Shown here piece after piece: positions 1 through 9,338 of a stretch of 64,000 bases of DNA; the stretch's first letter is position 1, and the number at the start of each line of letters is the position of its first letter. The notes beneath the pieces are model-generated. The model made no database searches. It saw nothing but the letters and a program-made list of their open reading frames with translations, and had not been told where the DNA came from. A program made the position numbers and the translations under genes. Origin of the DNA: Pseudomonadota bacterium (GTDB lineage: Bacteria; Bdellovibrionota_C; UBA2361; OMII01); assembly GCA_038134595.1 (NCBI GenBank), contig JAYPVM010000005.1, positions 64,001 to 128,000 of the forward strand. The letters are read 5' to 3'.

Positions 1-954
1 GCGCTTCCAATACTTCTACAGCTACTAAACTCCTCTTCTCAAAGGGGTACGCAATGCCTGATCATCTCGCCAACCAGAGAACTAGCCACTCAAATCTCCT
101 CGGTCATTACAAATATAACCCCAGACATTGTACCAGCTGTAATAATAGGAGGCGAGCGTCAGGAAAAGCAGATGCGACAACTAAAAAGAGATTCTCGCCT
201 CATCGTTGGAACACCGGGGAGGATACTTGATCTAATCCAACAGAGAGTCATCGTTCTCAGAAAATGCAAGAGCTTCGTTTTAGATGAGGCCGATGAGATG
301 CTTTCGATGGGATTTATCGAGGAGGTTCGCTCCATCCTCTCCCGACTCCCTTCAGAACGGCAGGGTCTGTTCTTCAGCGCAACAATTACGCCCAGAGTAC
401 TTTCCCTTGCGTCTTCATTCTTAAAATCCCCGACTACGATTGAGATCGAAAAGAAAATCGAGAATGCTCCCTCAATTGAACACTTATTCTATCGGGTAGA
501 TGGAGCTTTAACAGCTAAAGTAGACGCCTTATCGCTTTATCTCGAAAAACATAAGCCATTTTCAACGATCGTTTTCTGCAATACAAAATCTGATACAGAA
601 CTTGTTGAGATTCTTCTCAAAAAAAGAGGCTTCTCTCCGAGACGGATCAATTCTGACCTTTCACAAAAAGAGCGGGATAAAACAATGGCCGAGTTTCGGT
701 CGGGAGACTGCAGGTTGCTCATCGCGACAGATGTGGCCGCCCGTGGAATTGACATATCAGACGTCGAGCTCGTCGTTAACTACTCTGTTCACGACACCGT
801 AGAGACCTATGTTCATAGAACAGGAAGAACAGGCAGGGCAGGTAAAAGCGGCACAGCTCTCTCGCTCGTAGGGCCACAGGACTTCACTACATTTTACACC
901 CTAAGCAAAACGCTTGGATCTACGCTTCACGAAATCACGTCGCTAGACTCCTAA
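1..954 (+). CDS. DEAD-box RNA helicase (5' end outside window)
   Basis: Frame is open from base 1 (ALPILLQ...ISPTRELATQ, motif Ia). TPGR, DEAD, SAT, ATDVAARGID and HRTGRTGRAG motifs follow. Confidence 0.95.
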   Translation, partial: ALPILLQLLNSSSQRGTQCLIISPTRELATQISSVITNITPDIVPAVIIGGERQEKQMRQLKRDSRLIVGTPGRILDLIQQRVIVLRKCKSFVLDEADEMLSMGFIEEVRSILSRLPSERQGLFFSATITPRVLSLASSFLKSPTTIEIEKKIENAPSIEHLFYRVDGALTAKVDALSLYLEKHKPFSTIVFCNTKSDTELVEILLKKRGFSPRRINSDLSQKERDKTMAEFRSGDCRLLIATDVAARGIDISDVELVVNYSVHDTVETYVHRTGRTGRAGKSGTALSLVGPQDFTTFYTLSKTLGSTLHEITSLDS

Positions 955-1181
955 ATCGTCATCAAACCTAGAGAAGCCGCTCGAGAGACCCTACAGCATA
1001 TGACCAGTCCGTGGGGTTGCACGACCAGGCGTGGCGCATAGTCCGTTACTGATTCGGCCTAGTTTGCGATTTTCGGAGCCCTTAATAATAAACAACAAGG
1101 CCACCGCTCGTCTTTGAAATCTACTCTGACAAAGGGCGCACAACATATACCGCAGTCACTAGCTAAGCATACTGTTATCCG

Positions 1182-2261
1182 ATGCTTGGTATATTTTTTT
1201 TCTTCATCACGGGCCTTTTTTTACTCATTTTTGGAGCCGAACTATTTGTTAAAGGAGCGACTTCCGTATCCCGGAACGTTGGAATTTCACCTCTGTTTAT
1301 CGGTCTTACTATCGTTGCACTCGGAACAAGCTTACCAGAGATATTTGTGACAACAATTAGCGTTCTGAGGGGAGCTCAATCTCTAGCAATTGGAAATCTC
1401 ATAGGAAGCAACCTTGCAAATCTACTACTGATAGGTGGAGGATCTGCAATAATTGGAGAGCTGATCGTAGCTCGCTCGGTCGTGTATTTTCATGGGCCTA
1501 CCATGGTAGGAGTAACCGCAGTCGGATACGTACTCTGCGCCGATGAGGCACTGAAGGGATTTGAGGGTATTACGCTATTCATCACATTTCTATGTTACAT
1601 CACCCTAGCAACCTATATCGAAGGCGGGCAGAATGTAAGAGGCCATTATCCTAAACACAACTCAGCGGGCCGAGAGCATAACCGGACTCGGCTACTTATC
1701 GGAAATGCCGCCGTCGCACTAACAGGTCTTGTACTCCTTCTGGTGGGCTCTGATTGGCTGGTGCAATCAGCAACTCGTTTTTCTCGACTGATGGGCCTTA
1801 GTGAACTTGTAATTGGCCTGACTGTCGTTGCCGTCGGCACCTCACTACCCGAATTCGCCACATCAATCGTAGCGACAGCACGAGGACAACAAGAGCTTGC
1901 GCTAGGTAATATAATTGGCTCGAATATAACCAACCTTTCATTAGTCCTAGGTATCGCTGTGTCTTCCTCCAAAGATATGAAAATCGATGCCCGAGTACTC
2001 TCGTGGGACTTTCCGCTACTACTCGTTACTACAAGCTTTATGTATCTAATATTTAAAACCACACCAAGAATTCGCACCAATACCGGCCTTACCCTTCTTT
2101 GCGTATATCTACTTTATGTTACACATGCGATTCTTACCGCTATTAGTCATCCGCTCGAACCTCTCACAGCCTGGACACTAGTCGCAATGATTCTAGGTGT
2201 GGGCCTATTTTTTGCTCTGCGACTTAGACTAAGAAGCCGTCAACACAAATCACGCTTTTAG
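1182..2261 (+). CDS. Calcium/sodium antiporter (CaCA/YrbG family)
   Basis: Two alpha-repeats (GTSLPE ... GNLIGSN and GTSLPE ... GNIIGSN) and many TM segments. Confidence 0.93.
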   Translation: MLGIFFFFITGLFLLIFGAELFVKGATSVSRNVGISPLFIGLTIVALGTSLPEIFVTTISVLRGAQSLAIGNLIGSNLANLLLIGGGSAIIGELIVARSVVYFHGPTMVGVTAVGYVLCADEALKGFEGITLFITFLCYITLATYIEGGQNVRGHYPKHNSAGREHNRTRLLIGNAAVALTGLVLLLVGSDWLVQSATRFSRLMGLSELVIGLTVVAVGTSLPEFATSIVATARGQQELALGNIIGSNITNLSLVLGIAVSSSKDMKIDARVLSWDFPLLLVTTSFMYLIFKTTPRIRTNTGLTLLCVYLLYVTHAILTAISHPLEPLTAWTLVAMILGVGLFFALRLRLRSRQHKSRF

Positions 2262-2327
2262 TTTAATTGTGCACACTTCTTATGGTATAGAACATACAAT
2301 AGCCCCCTATTTAGAAGGAAACATAGT

Positions 2328-2678
2328 ATGTCTCTAACCCTCCGCGAGCTTCAAACACGTATACTAGATTTTCGCGACGCGCGCGATTGGGCGCAATTCC
2401 ACACGCCTAAGGACCTCGCAATGAGCCTTTCTATCGAGGCTAACGAGCTGCTAGAATTGTTTTTATGGAAGGATTCATCAAAAGCTAAACCAGAGGACAT
2501 CGCTGATGAAATTGCAGATGTCATCCACACAGCTCTTCTCATCGCAGAACGCTACAACATAGATGTAGAGCAAGCCTGCACGGCCAAACTGATAAAAAAC
2601 GAGAGAAAATACCCGATAGAAAAAAGCAAAGGGACGAACCTTAAGTACACTGAACTAAACGCTAAAGTCAGCGAGTAG
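2328..2678 (+). CDS. MazG-like nucleotide pyrophosphohydrolase (DCTPP1-like)
   Basis: RDWAQFHTPKDLAMSLSIEANELLELFLW, DEIADV and KNERKYP motifs; AAGGA RBS upstream. Confidence 0.92.
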   Translation: MSLTLRELQTRILDFRDARDWAQFHTPKDLAMSLSIEANELLELFLWKDSSKAKPEDIADEIADVIHTALLIAERYNIDVEQACTAKLIKNERKYPIEKSKGTNLKYTELNAKVSE

Positions 2679-2693
2679 AAAGTCACCGAGTAG
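2664..2693 (+). repeat. 15-bp tandem duplication of the last codons of the MazG-like gene
   Basis: aaagtcagcgagtag (2664-2678) is immediately followed by aaagtcaccgagtag (2679-2693), 1 mismatch. Confidence 0.8.
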
Positions 2694-2768
2694 CCACTTG
2701 GGTTAGCCCCTCGGGCTCATCTACGCTACAAGAGCCTTTTGCTCTGGCTGTTGAGCACTATGATTTCA

Positions 2769-3632
2769 CTAGAAGTTTCTAATCAGAACCTCGTCGACCT
2801 CTCCCCTCTTATTAGCGTTTGCATTGATAGCTCGTTGCGCTTTAACTGACGTGATTTTGTAACCGCTATATAACTCGCGTATGATAAAACTCGAAGAGTT
2901 GGAAAGGAGCCATTTGACTCCAGCGCCATCTAAACGGACGCACAAATCACGAAGAGCTGTTTGCATATCGATAGTGAATCGATCTGCCGTATAGCTAGTA
3001 AATGACGATGTGCTCGTAAGAGGAATATACGGCGGGTCGAAATAGACAAAATCATCAGGCGTAATCCTGGACTCAATATCTAAAAAACTCCCGCACTCAA
3101 CCTCAATTCCCTGAAGAGCTTTACTACACGAAATCAGATTCACGCGGTCGGCAATAGTCGGATTGCGATATCGCCCAAACGGCACGTTAAATTGGCCCTT
3201 ACTATTGACGCGATACAAGCCGTTAAAACATGTCTTGTTGAGATAGATAAAACGAGCCGCACGCTCAACACTTGACCTTTCGGCAAAGCCAGGCACTCGG
3301 TCCCACTCCCTTAGCGAATAAAAAGTCTCCTCGTCATGAGCATATTTCTCTAACTCACCGATTAAGCTTTCAACGTCCTGTTGAACAACTCGATAGGCGT
3401 TAACCAGCTCCTCGTTGGCATCAATAAGAGACGCCTCAGTCGGTGCTAGGTGAAAAAAAACTGCCCCACCTCCAACAAATGGCTCCCAGTATCGTTTAAA
3501 ATGTAGAGGCGCGTGCTTTCGAATTTCAGTTAGAAGCTGGTGCTTACCGCCCGCCCACTTAACAAAAGGTCGAGCGGTAACCAGAGGCTCCGTAGTTTCA
3601 TCAAGCGTTCGAGCAGTATTGTCTTCTCCCAT
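2769..3632 (-). CDS. dam: Dam-family (alpha-class) DNA adenine methyltransferase
   Basis: KWAGGK, EPFVGGG, YLNKTCFNGLYRVN..G.FNVPFGRY and catalytic DPPY. Confidence 0.92.
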   Translation of the reverse strand: MGEDNTARTLDETTEPLVTARPFVKWAGGKHQLLTEIRKHAPLHFKRYWEPFVGGGAVFFHLAPTEASLIDANEELVNAYRVVQQDVESLIGELEKYAHDEETFYSLREWDRVPGFAERSSVERAARFIYLNKTCFNGLYRVNSKGQFNVPFGRYRNPTIADRVNLISCSKALQGIEVECGSFLDIESRITPDDFVYFDPPYIPLTSTSSFTSYTADRFTIDMQTALRDLCVRLDGAGVKWLLSNSSSFIIRELYSGYKITSVKAQRAINANANKRGEVDEVLIRNF

Positions 3633-3781
3633 ACCAATAACTTTTCAAAGCGAGTCGAACGCTTCGTCAACATGTCCGCGTTACGTAACTTAATCAAAGA
3701 TAGAACTCTATTTGTACTAATTAAGGCAGGGTGTGGCAAGAAGATAGCAACAAAACCGCAAAAATGCCGAACACACGCCCG

Positions 3782-4903
3782 TCAATCTGCTTGCTCCGCA
3801 AACAAATAACGATACGCCTTAGAGGGGCGGTTCAAATCATACTGGGCTCTCCATGCTTCGGGCAGCTCATCTCTAGAGACCTTGGCAAATCCGATACGTT
3901 CGAAGAATTTCCCTACATAATCCTGTACGGTGAGCGCAAAAACATAACGACGGCCCTGTGCCCGAGCCTTTTCAAGCAAAGCTTCTACCACAGCTTTCGC
4001 TCTCCCTTTAGCCTGATATCGTGGCAAGGTACACAACTTCGAGAGCTCACTTGCATCGCCAAACTCTATGAGTGCCGCTCCAGCAACGACTTGAGAGTTT
4101 ACAGTATACACCCAAAATGACGGGATAAGCTCCAACAACTTCTCCTCTGACATTACAGTCAAAGAGCCATCTGCTATCTGAGGAGTCATAATAGCCATAA
4201 GTTCCCGCACATCATTTGGCTCCGCGGGACGAAGCTCGTTGGTATACTCCCTTGAAAAGAGCGTCCCCGAGCCCGCATGTGTAAACACTTCCTCATAGAC
4301 ACTTCCCTCGCGAGCACCCACAAGAACAACATCAATACCGGTGCGTTCCTGCTCTCGAAGAAGCATCTCGAGGCTACTTACCGGCATATTGACGGACACC
4401 CCTTCTGATACCGCCTTTCGCACACTATCAGGCGTCGGGTAGGATTGGAACGTATCACCAAACCGGAGCCCCTCATCCTGAATCGAAAAAAACATCTTCT
4501 TTGCCTCGAGCGCTTCGGAGACCATAAAAACATCTCTCTGCAATTGAGCCTCCCTGTCACAAACAGCTTGCCCAAACTCGACGAAAACAACCGGCACCTG
4601 TCCTCGACTTAAGGCTTCACTAACACTACCAACGACTACATCGCTTACATCGTCGCCATCCCGTAGGTGAATTAATCCAAAATTGTCACCAGCCTTTATC
4701 CAGGTTTGAAAGCTTCCCATAAGGGGCTCATCATAAGGAGTGAAAACAACATGCCTAATGCGCGCTGCATGAAGCACTCGGAGGTCCATCAGCAATCGCC
4801 TACAGTGCTCCGCGCTGAAGAAACAAAAGGAAAAAAGTTGATTTCGGAACCGTCGGCAATAATGAAGAAATTCAAGCGACGATAACATCTGACTAGTTAT
4901 CAA
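3782..4903 (-). CDS. argA: Amino-acid N-acetyltransferase (ArgA-like: degenerate amino-acid-kinase domain + GNAT)
   Basis: EEVFTHAGSGTL linker typical of N-acetylglutamate synthase; GNAT YQAKGRA, FALT, FFERIGF, LPEAWRAQYDLNRPSK C-terminus. Confidence 0.75.
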   Translation of the reverse strand: MITSQMLSSLEFLHYCRRFRNQLFSFCFFSAEHCRRLLMDLRVLHAARIRHVVFTPYDEPLMGSFQTWIKAGDNFGLIHLRDGDDVSDVVVGSVSEALSRGQVPVVFVEFGQAVCDREAQLQRDVFMVSEALEAKKMFFSIQDEGLRFGDTFQSYPTPDSVRKAVSEGVSVNMPVSSLEMLLREQERTGIDVVLVGAREGSVYEEVFTHAGSGTLFSREYTNELRPAEPNDVRELMAIMTPQIADGSLTVMSEEKLLELIPSFWVYTVNSQVVAGAALIEFGDASELSKLCTLPRYQAKGRAKAVVEALLEKARAQGRRYVFALTVQDYVGKFFERIGFAKVSRDELPEAWRAQYDLNRPSKAYRYLFAEQAD

Positions 4904-5308
4904 TGAAACTGCCCCGCATTTACCATTACAAAAGACGTCAAACCAAAAGAGATATATTCGCTTTGATACCCAAAAAATTCCTCAGTCCACTCTTAAGACT
5001 GCAATGCATACGCCCTATCTCATCTTTTTTATTTAAAGGCACATGCCTTTCAAAAAAAGGCTTTGTCCCCCAAAAATACTACAGACCAAAAACTCGGTAG
5101 TAAAGCCGCCTGCTCGCAATACTCAGTCAACACAGCATCCTCCATAAATCAATCCTGCGTGTAGCTTCCTTCTTCCGAGTTCTAACGGGGCGGTGAAAAT
5201 TCTCCCGCGATAAGGGGTAAAATCCGGCATACTTAGATACCCGCTAACCTCCGCCTAGAACGGGCAATCTCGAATGGGATAATCAAAATTCGTTGGAGGT
5301 CAAAAACT

Positions 5309-5394
5309 TGGTGCCCAGGGCGAGACTTGAACTCGCACGACCTTTCGGTCCCAGGATTTTAAGTCCTGTATGTCTACCATTCCATCACCCGGGC
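5309..5394 (-). tRNA. tRNA-Leu(TAA)
   Basis: Reverse complement GCCCGGGTGATGGAATGGTAGAC...CAGGA-CTTAAAA-TCCTG, long variable arm, GTTCAAGTC T-loop, encoded CCA. Confidence 0.97.
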
Positions 5395-5481
5395 AGAAAT
5401 TAGAGAAAACGCCTACTTACAGACGCCAACACGGCGAAAGCTTAGCACTATCTTACAACAACGCCAAGAGCCTTACTGAGA

Positions 5482-7275
5482 TTACTCAACGGTTGGCTTT
5501 TCTGGAGGTACTACTCGAATATGAACATCCTGCAATGCCTTATCACTTGGCACCCCGGGAGCTCCCATAAGAAGGTCTTCGACACTTTGTGCCATCGGGA
5601 ATGCTATAACATCCCGTATGGCCTCCTCTTGGGCGAGCAGCATAACAATCCTGTCAATACCAGGGGCAAAACCACCGTGAGGTGGCGCGCCAAACTTAAA
5701 GGCGTTAATCATACCACCAAACTTCTCCTCAACGTCGCGTCGGGTGTAGCCAGCGATCTCAAATGCCTTATACATAATTTCAGGCTTATGATTCCTAATC
5801 GCTCCACTAGATAATTCATAACCATTACAAACGATATCATACTGAAACGCCTTGATGTCGTAAGGGCCCTGCTCCTCAAGGGCTTGCAATTCCCCCTGTG
5901 GCATTGAAAAAGGATTGTGACTAAACACAATTTTTCGAGCGTCTTCGTCCCACTCATACATCGGATAGTCAGTAATCCAACAGAAACGGTATCCACCAGA
6001 CAGCAACGAAAAATCTTGTCCAAGCTTCGTCAAAAGCCTGCCAAGGTGCGGAAGGATGCGTCCTGCCTCGCCTGCACCAAAAAAGACAACTTGACCTGGC
6101 GAGAGGTCTAGAGATTTAACCAACGCTTGCCTTTCGTCTTCACCGATAAACTTTAAGATAGATCCTCTCCAGCCATCCTCTTCAAATATTAAATAGGCTA
6201 ATCCACTACCGCTCCACTTGGTAAACAATGCGATCGTATCATCAAAATATTTTCTAGCAGGAGCCTCCATCACAGGCAAAGCGATGGCAAATATATCACC
6301 TCCCTGAGATATTACATTACTAAAAACCTTAAACTCCGTTGCGCGGAAAGCATCACTCACCTTGTTAATCCGCAAGGGATTCCTAAGGTCAGGTTTATCT
6401 GAGCCAAACTGCTCTAATGCTTGCTTGTAAGGAATCCTTGTAAACGGCGGTTTCGTCACTTCCTCCGAACCAAACTCAGAGAAAAGTGAATACATAAGGT
6501 ACTCTCCGATCTCAAACACATCATCCTGCTCTACAAATGACATCTCCACGTCCAATTGATAAAACTCACCGGGCGAGCGATCCGCGCGAGGATCCTCATC
6601 GCGAAAGCATGGAGCTATTTGAAAATATCTATCAAATCCCGAGACCATCAAGAGCTGTTTAAACTGTTGCGGCGCCTGCGGCAAAGCAAAAAACTTTCCT
6701 GGATGAAACCTAGACGGAACCAGAAAATCCCTCGCACCCTCTGGAGAGCTGCTTGTTAAAATCGGCGTTTGGAATTCATTAAATCCACGGCTATGCATTA
6801 ACTCTCGAATTCTCCGGATAACTTGTCCACGAAGGAGGATGTTCTGATGAACTTTTTCTCGTCGAAGATCAAGAAAGCGATATGCCAAGCGAGTGGTTTC
6901 GGGCGCCTTATCGTCTTCAGCTATCTGAAATGGTAGGACCTCACACTCGGATAAGACCTCAAGTCTCTCGCAGTGAACCTCAATCTCCCCCGTCTCCACC
7001 TTAGGATTAATCATAGCTTCATCACGACGTCTTACCGTACCTGTGATTTTAATGACCGACTCCACACGGACTCGCTGTATAGCCTCCACACTGCTATCAT
7101 TGAAAACAACCTGGTTCTGGCCGTAATTATCTCTCAGATCAACAAAAACAACTCCACCGTGATCGCGCTTTCTCAGTATCCAGCCGGATAATGTAACTTG
7201 GCTTCCCTCATTAGCTGAACGCAGCGCTCCACAAGAATGACTCCTGTACGCACTCTCTAGCTGTGTCTTCTCCAT
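5482..7275 (-). CDS. aspS: Aspartyl-tRNA synthetase (possibly non-discriminating Asp/Asn type)
   Basis: YRSHSCG, RDHGG, PEGARDF, PQQFKQLLM, CFRDED, GAPPHGG..PGIDR motifs; start trimmed to MEKTQLES. Confidence 0.97.
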   Translation of the reverse strand: MEKTQLESAYRSHSCGALRSANEGSQVTLSGWILRKRDHGGVVFVDLRDNYGQNQVVFNDSSVEAIQRVRVESVIKITGTVRRRDEAMINPKVETGEIEVHCERLEVLSECEVLPFQIAEDDKAPETTRLAYRFLDLRREKVHQNILLRGQVIRRIRELMHSRGFNEFQTPILTSSSPEGARDFLVPSRFHPGKFFALPQAPQQFKQLLMVSGFDRYFQIAPCFRDEDPRADRSPGEFYQLDVEMSFVEQDDVFEIGEYLMYSLFSEFGSEEVTKPPFTRIPYKQALEQFGSDKPDLRNPLRINKVSDAFRATEFKVFSNVISQGGDIFAIALPVMEAPARKYFDDTIALFTKWSGSGLAYLIFEEDGWRGSILKFIGEDERQALVKSLDLSPGQVVFFGAGEAGRILPHLGRLLTKLGQDFSLLSGGYRFCWITDYPMYEWDEDARKIVFSHNPFSMPQGELQALEEQGPYDIKAFQYDIVCNGYELSSGAIRNHKPEIMYKAFEIAGYTRRDVEEKFGGMINAFKFGAPPHGGFAPGIDRIVMLLAQEEAIRDVIAFPMAQSVEDLLMGAPGVPSDKALQDVHIRVVPPEKPTVE

Positions 7276-7560
7276 TTTTTCCCTTTTGTTGTAGAGTAAA
7301 CGAAAACCCAATCCATTACTCTCTGAACCAATACGCCGTCTCGTCCCAAGTCTTAGAGCCACGCAGCTCTTATGTCTCATCCGAAACGGTTTCAAGCCCT
7401 ACCCCCCACTTCAGATCCCACATCCTGTATTGATATAGGTGAACAAGGCGGCCCGCCCCCTGGCGAATTTAGGCTCCGTCAAAGTAGTACTACGAATCAA
7501 AGTTTTCGTCATCTATTTGAGCAAATTAAATGACAGATAAGGCATAGAAATAAAAGGAGT

Positions 7561-8034
7561 TTAGCGACCAAGTAGGCCAACTGAACGTAATTGCCTACGG
7601 CAAGCCTCCCTTGTGCCCATTAAAAACGAGCGATTACCCTCAGATCCGCTACCTCGAAAATGGGCTAGACTGGGAATCCCGCTGCTAGAATCAAAATTGG
7701 CTACCATTATCGCTCCGGCCGTCTGCAAAAGAAGCTTGGTACAAAACTGGGCCGATACGCCTTCTAATGTCTTAAAGCAAGAAACTCTCTTGTATTCGCC
7801 AAACTGTTCGACGAACAGCCACCCTGGGCTCTCAAATGTATCTGATGAGCTAAAGAAATCGGGCACCACCTCTCCCCTATCCTGTAAGAAAATACGGACA
7901 AACGCCTGAGGTTCTGACAAGCGTAGCTTTCGGACAACTGACTGAACATATGTAACAAATGAGCCCTCAGCAGACGGACAGCGCAAATCTCCTAACGGAT
8001 CTCTTTTTGACTCATTGTAACTAGCCTGAAACAT
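7561..8034 (-). CDS. Hypothetical protein
   Basis: 157-aa ORF co-oriented between murG and aspS, GAGG RBS upstream; no recognised motif. Confidence 0.55.
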   Translation of the reverse strand: MFQASYNESKRDPLGDLRCPSAEGSFVTYVQSVVRKLRLSEPQAFVRIFLQDRGEVVPDFFSSSDTFESPGWLFVEQFGEYKRVSCFKTLEGVSAQFCTKLLLQTAGAIMVANFDSSSGIPSLAHFRGSGSEGNRSFLMGTREACRRQLRSVGLLGR

Positions 8035-8169
8035 TATATCCTCAAAACAGCCAGTCTACGACAATTTGGCTGACCTTCTTTTGATGCCGGCCGGAAGGCC
8101 AAGGTTCAGAACAGGTGAAGTGTCTGGATAAAAGACAAAAAGATTTCCAAAGCTCTTATATACGGCTAG

Positions 8170-9333
8170 TTACGGCAGCTGCCTTTTAACTAACCGTAAG
8201 ATACCTAAGGCAATTGTTTTAGCTGCGCCAAGACCTCGAGGCTCAAAAGGTTCCTGCTTCATACGGAGATAGTGCTCTGTGGTGAAAAGCTCCTGTAGGC
8301 TCTCTAATAGCCGACCCGCAAAGTTTGGCTGAGCCTCTTCAACGACAACTGCCTTTCCGGCATTTGCAAGAGATCGAGCATTGTCCGTCTGGTGCGTACC
8401 CTGTTGAAACGGGTATGGAACAAAAATAGTAGGCTTGTTGACACAACCTATCTCAGCCACTGAACTTGCCCCAGCCCTACTAATTATGACATCAGCCCAG
8501 TCATATGCCCCTGCCATATCATCAATAAACGGCACAACCGACGCCATTACGCCACAAGCTCGATATGAATTCACTACAAGCTCTATGTTTTCAGAGCGAC
8601 ACTGATGAACAACCTCAATCGCCCGCTCCTTTAGAAACTCTCCAATCTCGCTAATGACGTTATCGAGCCCTTGCGCCCCCTGAGATCCCCCTAAAATCAA
8701 TAATCGCTCCGGGTTGTTACTCCTAACCTTTCTACGTTCAACTGTGGCCAACTCAGGCCGAACGGGATGGCCCGTAAATTCAAGATTCGCCCCACCACGA
8801 ATCTTCGTCTCTTCAAAGGATATGGAGACAGTTGATGCAAAAAAACCTAATACCGAATTTGCAAGACCGGGATGCAACTCTGCCTCGTGCGCCCATGTCG
8901 GTATCCTCATTAATCGTGCGACAACTACTGGCATAACCGAAGCATATCCCCCGATCCCTACTACGACATCAGGTCGAAACCGTCGAAATAGCGAAACGCA
9001 TTGCAAGAAACATCGCGGCGTCATAAACACAAATCGCAATAGGCCACCCAAACCACGACGCTTAATTGCGGTACCGCTAATAATGTGACGTTTTAGGCCG
9101 TGCCCCCCAAGAATCTTTTCTTCGAGGGGTCGACCAACCCCGATACACTCAACAACCGCATCGGGCTGAACCGATTTAAGAGCATCAATAATGTGTATCG
9201 CTGGTATAAGATGTCCCCCCGTGCCAGATGCAGCAACCAAAATACGGACAGGAGATTCGGAGCTCACTATAGACGCTTCGCTCTCACCTCTTACATCTTG
9301 TTGCGTCGAATCAATCGATTTTGCCATAGACAT
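8170..9333 (-). CDS. murG: Lipid II GlcNAc transferase MurG
   Basis: SGTGGHLIPA, GGYAS, HE...PGLAN, GHPVR, GGSQGA, RAGASSVAE, HQTDNA; directly downstream of ftsW. Confidence 0.96.
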   Translation of the reverse strand: MSMAKSIDSTQQDVRGESEASIVSSESPVRILVAASGTGGHLIPAIHIIDALKSVQPDAVVECIGVGRPLEEKILGGHGLKRHIISGTAIKRRGLGGLLRFVFMTPRCFLQCVSLFRRFRPDVVVGIGGYASVMPVVVARLMRIPTWAHEAELHPGLANSVLGFFASTVSISFEETKIRGGANLEFTGHPVRPELATVERRKVRSNNPERLLILGGSQGAQGLDNVISEIGEFLKERAIEVVHQCRSENIELVVNSYRACGVMASVVPFIDDMAGAYDWADVIISRAGASSVAEIGCVNKPTIFVPYPFQQGTHQTDNARSLANAGKAVVVEEAQPNFAGRLLESLQELFTTEHYLRMKQEPFEPRGLGAAKTIALGILRLVKRQLP

Positions 9334-9338
9334 CTCTA

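Noticed and set aside
955..1181. Possible metal-sensing riboswitch upstream of the Ca/Na antiporter
   Set aside because: No yybP-ykoY or other riboswitch consensus could be matched by eye.
4903..5145. Short minus-strand ORF (MLTEYCEQAA...) after a GGAGG, with a HicB-like start; plus the 65-aa plus-strand ORF at 4903-5100
   Set aside because: The first stops after ~27 codons with no further HicB similarity; the second has no recognisable features.
7276..7395. N-terminal extensions of aspS (likewise murG, ftsW, MCC alpha, rne, mreB, rplY) in the ORF track
   Set aside because: These come from longest-ORF calling; conserved sequence and RBS positions support later starts.
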